Part shown: piece after piece, positions 8,377 to 14,216 of the stretch
Layout of the letters: the number at the start of each line of letters is the position of its first letter
How positions within the stretch are numbered: position 1 is the first letter of the stretch
From: Terriglobia bacterium
GTDB lineage: Bacteria > Acidobacteriota > Terriglobia > UBA7540
Direction: 5' to 3'
Length of the DNA: 24,000 nt
Assembly (NCBI GenBank): GCA_035949375.1
Contig: DASZIG010000122.1
Span: 26,491 to 50,490, forward strand
The notes under the pieces: model-generated
Told to the model about the DNA's origin: nothing
What the model saw: the letters and a program-made list of their open reading frames with translations, nothing else
Databases searched by the model: none
Position numbers and translations under genes: made by a program

Positions 8377-10230
8377 TCAGGCGAGCGGCAGTCCTGTGCG
8401 CGACCGTATCCACTCATTCACGCCGCGTTCCAGGATGTCGAGCGGCAGTGCGCCTTCGCCGAGCACGACCTCGTGGAATTCGCGGACGTCGAAGTGCCCT
8501 GCGAGCGCTGCGGTGGCCTTGTTCCGCAGTTCGCGAATCTTGAGCTGGCCGATTTTGTAGGCTAGCGCCTGGCCGGGCCAGACGATGTAGCGGTCGATCT
8601 CGTTCACCACATCCAGCTCCGATTTCGCGGCTTTGGCCATAAAGTAGTCGATGGCCTGCTGGCGGCTCCAGCGCATGGAGTGCATGCCGGTATCGACCAC
8701 CAGGCGCACGGCGCGCCACATGTCGTAGGTGAGCTGCCCGAACTTGGCGTAAGGATCGTCGTAAAGTCCCATCTCATCGCCGAGCGACTCCGCGTAGAGC
8801 GCCCAGCCCTCGCCGAAGGCGTTGTAGAAGCCGTAGCGCCGGAAGTTGGGCAGATCACCCTGTTCCATGCTGAGTGCGATCTGGATGTGATGGCCGGGCA
8901 CGGACTCGTGCAGGGTGAGGGCCGTCATCTCCCAGGTGGGACGCGTCTCCGGCTTGTAGAGGTTCACGTAATAGGTCCCGGCGCGCGAGCCGTCCGCAGC
9001 GCCCTGGACGTAATAGGCCGTGGTGGTGTCGGGAGCGACTTCGGCCGGAATAGGCGCGACGCCGTAGGGCATGCGCGGCAGCGTGCGAAACAACTTCACA
9101 AGCTCCGGATCGACGCGCTTGGCGAGGGCCCTGTACGCTTCGAGCAGGTCCTCGGGCGTCTTCTCGAAAAATCGCTGATCCGTGCGCAGATAGTGGAAGA
9201 ATTCCTCGCGCGAGCCCTTGAAGTCCGTGCTCGCGCGCACCGTTTCCATCGCAGACTCGATGCGCGCCACTTCGTCGAGTCCGATCCGGTGGACTTCGGC
9301 CGGCGTCAGGTTGGTGGTGGTGAACTTGCGCACGTCGAAGGCGTAGAGCGCCTCGCCGTTCGGCACCTGCCACACGCCCACCCGATCGAAGCACGCGGGT
9401 AGATATTCGTCGTTGAAGAACCTCTTGAGACCCACGAAGGAGCGCACCACGCCGGACCCGATCGCCTCCCGCCCCGCCTGCGCAAGGCGATCCCGCTCCG
9501 GCTTCGCGATGCTGTCGGGAAAGCGGCGGAAAGACTTGTAGAACGGGCTCGAGGCGGGATCGCTGACGATCTGCTGGTCGATCTGCGCCGGCACGCGCTG
9601 CATCACCACGCGCGGCAGCAGCATCTTCTGGCGGATGCCTTCCCGCATCAGCGCCACGGTCTGATCCATGTGGGCCGGGAACGATTTGAGGCGGGCGATC
9701 CAGTCTTCGTAGTCCTTCACCGTCTCGAAGCGCAATTGGTCGGCAAGCTCATTTGCCGTCTGGATGCCGCCGCGCTGGTTGAGGGGAATCAGGTACCATC
9801 GGAAAGCATGCTCCTCAATGGCCGTTGCGTAGTCGCGCCGAAAGAGATCGTAATTCAGTTGATCGCGAGAAGACAGCCGGGCCCGGTCGATTCCCGACAG
9901 CCGCTCGAGCGCCGCCACACGATGCTGATGATTCTGCTCGATGGCTTCGAGGCTCAGGTCCTCCCAGCGATCGTTCCAGCGGCGGTCGCCGAGAGTAGAC
10001 GCCCAGGTGGGGTCGCGCTCCAGGCTCCAGTCCCACTCGGCGTCGAAGAAATGCCGCAGCGCGACTGTCGCCTGGTCGCCTTGACCCGATGCGTCCGGAG
10101 CCTGCCCGCCGGACGATCCAGGTGCCTCGCCGGTCACGAGGCCCGAAGCCGCCATAACGAGTCCTGAACGAAGTGCGTTGCGCCGATCCAACCTGCCCTC
10201 CTGCTTACCAACCATCTGAATTATGAACAC
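8377..10230 (-). CDS. DUF885-family protein (metallopeptidase-like), probable Tat-exported
   Basis: There is a twin-arginine-like N-terminus (DRRNALRSGLVMAASGLV) and the DUF885-type motif LHESVPGHHIQ. The C-terminal EIDRYIVWPGQALAYKIGQLKI segment is typical of the family. The start could instead be M6 at 10215. Confidence 0.85.
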   Translation of the reverse strand: MFIIQMVGKQEGRLDRRNALRSGLVMAASGLVTGEAPGSSGGQAPDASGQGDQATVALRHFFDAEWDWSLERDPTWASTLGDRRWNDRWEDLSLEAIEQNHQHRVAALERLSGIDRARLSSRDQLNYDLFRRDYATAIEEHAFRWYLIPLNQRGGIQTANELADQLRFETVKDYEDWIARLKSFPAHMDQTVALMREGIRQKMLLPRVVMQRVPAQIDQQIVSDPASSPFYKSFRRFPDSIAKPERDRLAQAGREAIGSGVVRSFVGLKRFFNDEYLPACFDRVGVWQVPNGEALYAFDVRKFTTTNLTPAEVHRIGLDEVARIESAMETVRASTDFKGSREEFFHYLRTDQRFFEKTPEDLLEAYRALAKRVDPELVKLFRTLPRMPYGVAPIPAEVAPDTTTAYYVQGAADGSRAGTYYVNLYKPETRPTWEMTALTLHESVPGHHIQIALSMEQGDLPNFRRYGFYNAFGEGWALYAESLGDEMGLYDDPYAKFGQLTYDMWRAVRLVVDTGMHSMRWSRQQAIDYFMAKAAKSELDVVNEIDRYIVWPGQALAYKIGQLKIRELRNKATAALAGHFDVREFHEVVLGEGALPLDILERGVNEWIRSRTGLPLA

Positions 10231-10595
10231 TTAGCGCCGAATTGTGAAGGGTGTTAATGGCCGTGGGGTCAGTGGAAACCCCTAGTCCGGCGAGCGAAAA
10301 CACCGTATTGACATCCCCTTCCGGTCGGGACATCCTAGCCTCGGATAAGGCTTTGGGGCAGGAGAATGAGGGGCGACCATTGGAGGCTGGGGGAGCCGCC
10401 AAAGAAGAGGGACCAGATACGGATCGGGCCGGACGCAGCCTAAGACCGAAATGCGAGCAAAAAACTCAAGCCCGGACTGAGCCGATCTGATCCCGCCAAC
10501 CAGCTCCCCGAGCGCCTGTTTTCAGCAGGATAGGGAAAATGGCCGCCATCCGCCTTGTCTATCAAGCGGTATAAAAAGATTTAATAACGTATTGT

Positions 10596-10625
10596 TTGAC
10601 GATACCGCATCTATAGAGCTATGAT
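10596..10625 (+). promoter_or_regulatory. Candidate sigma70-type promoter for the receiver-like gene
   Basis: TTGACG (10596-10601), an 18-nt spacer, then TATGAT (10620-10625). It sits in the only AT-rich patch of the intergenic region, about 50 nt upstream of the GGAGG-preceded ATG at 10674. Confidence 0.3.
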
Positions 10626-10673
10626 TCAGCTCTCTAATACTCATCCGGGATCGTCCGCCGAACGGAGGTACCT

Positions 10674-11108
10674 ATGAAGACCGTGCGCTCCGTGTTGCTG
10701 GTTCACAACGAACCTGATGCCTTCCGTGGATTGGAAGACATGCTCCGCGAGCAGGAGATTGGCACGCGCCACGCGCATCAGTGCGCAGCTGCACTAAGAA
10801 TGTTGAAGGAAGCAGATCCCGTCGATCTCGTCTTGACGGATGTGGCTTTGGCCGACGGGACGTGGAAAGACGTTATCCGGCTGGTACGCAAGCTGGCCAA
10901 GAACACACCGGTGATCGTGATGTCGCGGGTTGTGAGCATGCAGCTCTACCTCGACACTCAGGATGCCGGCGCGGCTGATTTCATCGTGCCACCCATGGCG
11001 CCGCGCGATTTGACGTACGCCCTCACCGGAGCAATGGTGAGGCCCATACATCCAGGAATCATGCAACCCTCTGCCCGGCACCGCCCGCATCTGCGAACCC
11101 AGGCCTGA
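10674..11108 (+). CDS. Stand-alone receiver-domain protein with degenerate active site (pseudo-receiver candidate)
   Basis: The fold pattern is CheY-like: VLLVHNEPD..., DLVLTDVALADG, PVIVMS, GAADFIVPP. The Asp-Asp pocket is replaced by H-N-E-P-D, and the conserved Lys before Pro is Val (FIVPP). There is a strong SD (GGAGG) 6 nt upstream. Confidence 0.75.
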   Translation: MKTVRSVLLVHNEPDAFRGLEDMLREQEIGTRHAHQCAAALRMLKEADPVDLVLTDVALADGTWKDVIRLVRKLAKNTPVIVMSRVVSMQLYLDTQDAGAADFIVPPMAPRDLTYALTGAMVRPIHPGIMQPSARHRPHLRTQA

Positions 11109-11245
11109 GGCATAACCTGACTGCGCGCGACGGCGCAGCCAGCCTGAACCAGGCGGATCCCGGTGGATGCGTGCGTTTCGGCGCCGCCACTTGGGTCCTG
11201 CGCAGGCCATCCGGCCCGCGATTGCCCGCGATTAACGGAGTAAGC

Positions 11246-11285
11246 AACCGGCCGGTAAAGCGACACTCCGGCCGGTTTGGTTTTC
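11246..11285 (+). terminator. Intrinsic terminator between the convergent receiver-like gene and rsr
   Basis: AACCGGCCGG-12 nt-CCGGCCGGTT forms a 10-bp stem and is followed by TTTGGTTTTCAGGTTTGG on the plus strand. The same hairpin lies 10 nt past the rsr stop on the minus strand, but with a poor U-tract there. Confidence 0.55.
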
Positions 11286-11295
11286 AGGTTTGGTT

Positions 11296-12627
11296 TCAAT
11301 CTTCCGGTAGCCGCTCCAGTTCGCGGACATAATCGACAACCGCTTCGCTCCAGCCGTCAATGTGCGTCCACTGCCCGTAACCCACGCCGTTCTTGTAACT
11401 GGCCACGTTGATCATGATGCCGCGCCCGTGCGGGCTCGCGACATCATCGTGCGCCTGCTCGTCCGTGATCACGATCAGGCGGTCGTAGCTCTCCTCGATC
11501 TGCTTGAGGGCCACCCCCAGATACGTGGCGTTGTGGGGCTGGCTCGCGTCCAGGGCGTCGCGCAGCGCAAATCCGCGGCGGGAAGGCACGCGAACCAGCC
11601 GGTCCGAAAAGCTGTAGACGCTGACGCTTTCCGCAATCTCGCGCAGCAGGATGGCGAGACCGTAGGCCGCGTCGGTGCGCAGCATCTCCGACCGGCGCGA
11701 AAGCGGCTCCGTCATGGAGCCGGAGACGTCCACTACCAGCACCGTCCGCCCCGGCAGCTTGTCCTCTGAGCCAACCGATGCCAGCATGGCGCGCTCCAGG
11801 GCCTCTTCCCACGCGGGAACATGACGCGCCGCCGCAATGAAGCGGAACGGCAGCACCCGCGTAGTCTTCATGCGGGCCAGAGCGTCGATCACCAGGTCTT
11901 CCGCCACGCCGGCATCCTTCAGATTACGCAGGTTGCGCAGCAGCGCCAGGGCGCCGAGCCGGCGATCCCGGAGCAGACGCTCCCAGGCCTCGCGCTTGCC
12001 CTCCCCGCGCGTGGCCGAAAGCGCCACTTCCCAGGTGTCGGGCGTGGCGAGCCGGCCCTCCACGAGCCGCTTCCAGAGCTCGGCCTGCGCCTCGTCGCGA
12101 GGCTTGGCGTGGCAGAGGAAGAGCACGTCGCGCAGACGAACGGGCTGCGCACGGTCGTACTTGGCGAGCTGATACTCGTCAAACTTGCCGAACGCCGCGG
12201 CCAGCCCTTTCTTGACCTGCGCGGAAAGCGGCGCCTTACCGTCCTTCCAGTAGATGGCGACGAATTCCGCCAGCTCGCCGGCGCGCCGGATCACACGATC
12301 GAGCGTCGCCGCCACCAGGGTACGATGCGTCTTGTGGCGCGCCATCTCGCGAACCAGAAGCAGTGGCGCATGGCGCAGCTTCATTTTCTCGCGCGCTTCG
12401 ACGGCCAGCGCGGCCACCCGCGCGGCGTCCACGCGGGGAACCAGCTCCTGGATGCGCCCGCCGATCTCCACGCCGTCCTCGTAGAACTGGCTCTCCCACA
12501 GAAGACACGCGAGCACCGAGCGGCGCAGCGCGAGCTCCGGCGTGATGGCCCGGGCGGCGCCGCCTTCGTGCGTCTGGAGCACAGGCGCGAAGGCGCCGCG
12601 CAGGTTGAGAATGTTGAGTCGAGCCAT
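11296..12627 (-). CDS. rsr: Ro60-related TROVE-domain protein with C-terminal vWA domain (Rsr-like)
   Basis: TROVE-type N-terminal region: LWESQFYEDG, KLRHAPLLLVREMARH, and the LPFRFIAA motif. The C-terminal vWA domain has an intact MIDAS DxSxS (VLVVDVSGSMTE). I prefer the start at 12627 (MARLNILNL...) because AAGGAGG lies 8 nt upstream. The 31-aa extension in the track ORF is rejected. Confidence 0.85.
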   Translation of the reverse strand: MARLNILNLRGAFAPVLQTHEGGAARAITPELALRRSVLACLLWESQFYEDGVEIGGRIQELVPRVDAARVAALAVEAREKMKLRHAPLLLVREMARHKTHRTLVAATLDRVIRRAGELAEFVAIYWKDGKAPLSAQVKKGLAAAFGKFDEYQLAKYDRAQPVRLRDVLFLCHAKPRDEAQAELWKRLVEGRLATPDTWEVALSATRGEGKREAWERLLRDRRLGALALLRNLRNLKDAGVAEDLVIDALARMKTTRVLPFRFIAAARHVPAWEEALERAMLASVGSEDKLPGRTVLVVDVSGSMTEPLSRRSEMLRTDAAYGLAILLREIAESVSVYSFSDRLVRVPSRRGFALRDALDASQPHNATYLGVALKQIEESYDRLIVITDEQAHDDVASPHGRGIMINVASYKNGVGYGQWTHIDGWSEAVVDYVRELERLPED

Positions 12628-12707
12628 GTCGTGCACCTCCTTGTATGGGGTGCGGTGTGTGATGTCGAGCGGGCAGCCACCGCAAGACAAGCGCAGCGAG
12701 CGCCAGA

Positions 12708-12740
12708 GGCGATTAGTCAAGATGCTGACTGACCGTCGCC
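12708..12740 (-). ncRNA. Hairpin resembling the Ro-binding helix of Y RNAs, in the rsr 5' leader
   Basis: The minus strand reads GGCGA-C-GGUCAG-[UCAGCAUC]-CUUGACU-AA-UCGCC. GGCGA/UCGCC gives 5 bp. GGUCAG pairs with the last six nt (UUGACU) of CUUGACU, giving 6 bp that include G-U pairs. The GGUC/GACU core and the 3' strand CUUGACUAAUC resemble the metazoan Y RNA helix (5' UGGUCCGA paired with 3' CUUGACUAGUC). The conserved bulged C is absent. Confidence 0.35.
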
Positions 12741-12796
12741 TGCTGCGTGCTGCCGCTTGCCTTCTGCCAACCGTCCGTTCAAGGCGGGGAACTATC

Positions 12797-12900
12797 GATA
12801 AGGTTCTATGACTGAGCTACGCGAACCTCGCTGGCCCGCGGCAGGAATCGAACCTGCGGCCTCCGGCTTGCGCCGGCGCTCTACCGAAGTAACCCTTATC
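12797..12900 (-). ncRNA. Circularly permuted tRNA-like RNA (YrlA-like tRNA mimic candidate)
   Basis: The minus strand reads GAUAAGGGUUACU-UCGGUA-GAGC-G-CCGGC-GCAA-GCCGG-AGGCC-GCAGG-UUCGAUU-CCUGC-CGCGGGC-CAGCGAG-GUUCGCG-UA-GCUC-AGU-CAUAGAACCUUAUC. This gives a 5-bp T stem with a canonical T loop, a 5-nt variable loop, and a 5-bp anticodon stem capped by a GNRA tetraloop. The 7-bp acceptor stem (5 Watson-Crick plus 2 G-U pairs) is closed by a 7-nt loop. The D stem GCUC/GAGC forms between the two ends, and the flanks pair (GAUAAGG-GUU with AAC-CUUAUC). The tertiary-interaction nucleotides U8, A14, G15, G18G19, A21, G26, G46, C48, T54-Psi55-C56 and A58 are all in place. Confidence 0.6.
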
Positions 12901-12976
12901 TTCACCACCGCCCGAAGCGGATGCTACAAACCCGTGGTTCGAGTCTGTAGCCTATCTCGGGCGACGGCGGATGGCC

Positions 12977-13306
12977 TTACGGAATGACCTCCGCGTCTTC
13001 GCCCTCGATCTTTTTAAACTCCTTCGCCGTCACGAAGCCGACGCTGCGTCCGGCCCGCTTGGTGACCAGGATCCACGCCGTCTTTTCCATTCCATCTCCA
13101 TCCAGGTCCGATCGCCTTCGGTCCGCGTAGGCGGTGCATTCCCGAATCCTGAACGGGATGAGCTGCGGCTGCTCCCAACGCCTGAAAGTACAGTGGATCA
13201 GCTCCTCGCTCTCCGCGTATCCTTTCTGGATTTGAGCGTACGAGCAGGTGCGGCAAAGCCAATCGCCCGTGACCGGAGTTCCATTTTGAACTCCACGAGT
13301 ACCCAT
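12977..13306 (-). CDS. Hypothetical 109-aa protein with four Cys, no family recognised
   Basis: The ATG at 13306 is preceded by AAGGGAGG 10 nt upstream. The composition looks coding. Cys residues at 18, 21, 39 and 57 form CxxC-x17-C-x17-C. The sequence is MGTRGVQNGTPVTGDWLCRTCSYAQIQKGYAESEELIHCTFRRWEQPQLIPFRIRECTAYADRR...AWILVTKRAGRSVGFVTAKEFKKIEGEDAEVIP. The overlapping ORFs on the same strand (13014-13352, 13198-13413) and on the plus strand (12971-13327) have no SD and look like shadow ORFs. Confidence 0.65.
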   Translation of the reverse strand: MGTRGVQNGTPVTGDWLCRTCSYAQIQKGYAESEELIHCTFRRWEQPQLIPFRIRECTAYADRRRSDLDGDGMEKTAWILVTKRAGRSVGFVTAKEFKKIEGEDAEVIP

Positions 13307-13600
13307 AATTCGTTCGCCTCCCTTTGACAGACAAAGCAGTGCAAACAGACAATGTGCAACTCGAAGCTACGGTTTAATCCATCGACGGTGCAAATTCTTT
13401 CGCCGGGGAACACGCGACCAAGCTGAAGCTACGAGCCCTCACCGCCCGGAACCTTGTGTTTCGGAGCTACGCTCCCGTCCCTGAAGGGTCTTGGAGCTCG
13501 CCGGGGCGGCCAGCCCCGCGCTTCGGAAGTGGAGGCGAAGTATCCATGGTCTTTCGCCACCGGCGACAACTATGAAAAGCGTCCCTGGCCAGCGAACAAG

Positions 13601-13690
13601 CGAGCGCGGCCTGAGGACTCGAACCTCCACGCCAGCCCACACCCGGGCCAGCGTGTTCACCGGAGAAGAATCCGCACTCTACGCCACTGA
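13601..13690 (-). ncRNA. Second tRNA-like element (D-arm, short anticodon-like hairpin, long variable hairpin, T-arm); either a Y-RNA-type mimic or a decayed class-II tRNA relic
   Basis: The minus strand reads CGGUC-AGUGGCGUA-GAGUG (D-arm-like, with G18G19 and A21), then CGGA-UUCUUC-UCCG (4-bp stem, 6-nt loop). Next comes CUGGCCC-GGGUGU-GGGCUGG (7-bp variable-arm-like hairpin) and GAGG-UUCGAGU-CCUC (T arm with canonical T loop). There is no adjacent acceptor partner and no CCA. Confidence 0.4.
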
Positions 13691-14216
13691 CCGAACTGTT
13701 ATAACAACAAACCTATGACCTTCCCTTGAGGCGCGACTGCGAACAGCTTCGCGCACAGCGACATCAGGCCGCCCGCCATTCTTCACTGGTCCTGCCTTAT
13801 TCCGCCGGGGGAACAATGGACAGCGGCAGACTTAACAAGGTCGAAGTATCCACCATCGACGCCACCCAGCGATTAAGTTGATGAGGGAACGCGAGTTAAG
13901 AGCGCCGCGGGACTAACGGGCGCTCAAGAGGATGACCAGGAACGCCCGATAGCAACCGGTGCCAGTCTCCGGCAACCGCTGCTCACGCATCGAATTGTTC
14001 GTCGTATCATGCATGACGGACGTTCTCCCAAAATCTCAACTACTATAGCAGAGACTAAATGGGTGGGTCAAGAAAAAAAGACAGTAGTTCAGCGGGAACT
14101 CGCGCGGGGCCCGAGATCCTATTCGTGGTCTCCCGGACCAGGTTCTGCTACTGCGGAACTAGGATGTACGGCGCACTCCCTCGCCAGCGGCTAGTGTCGT
14201 TGTGCCTGCAGCATCT

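Noticed and set aside
10251-10490. The 79-aa ORF in the DUF885/receiver intergenic region as a small protein gene.
   Set aside because: It has no SD and a low-complexity Gly/Ala/Glu/Pro composition. It is mirrored by a similar ORF on the opposite strand (10205-10402), so it behaves like a chance ORF in GC-rich DNA.
12797-12900. Possibility that the T-loop-containing sequence is a genuine tRNA gene or a simple 3' tRNA fragment from an integration site.
   Set aside because: The anticodon loop is only 4 nt (GCAA). The acceptor stem is closed by a loop with no discriminator or CCA. The 5' third of the cloverleaf follows the 3' two-thirds. An att-site duplicate would be a contiguous 3' fragment, not a perfectly re-paired permuted cloverleaf.
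12921-12950. GGTTCGAGTC on the plus strand as a plus-strand tRNA T-arm.
   Set aside because: The flanking 5-mers (CGTGG and CTGTA) give only one Watson-Crick pair plus wobbles. On the minus strand the same sequence is simply the loop of a GCUACA/UGUAGC hairpin.
13453-13960. tmRNA (ssrA) as an explanation for the T-arm at 13610-13630.
   Set aside because: Reading upstream on the minus strand, there is no GGGGCUGAUUCUGGAUUCGAC-type 5' end, no acceptor pairing, no CCA-proximal GCCA tail, and no recognisable tag reading frame with an ...ALAA stop.
14082-14153. Plus-strand 72-nt cloverleaf-like fold: CAGTAG...CTACTG closing stem, GTAGTTCAGCGGGAAC D-arm-like start, and a TGGTC-TCCCG-GACCA hairpin.
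   Set aside because: There is no T-loop consensus and the putative anticodon arm does not pair. The D stem competes with the closing stem. The helices are short (3-6 bp), so chance is plausible. I note it only because tRNA-5'-like strings recur in this region.
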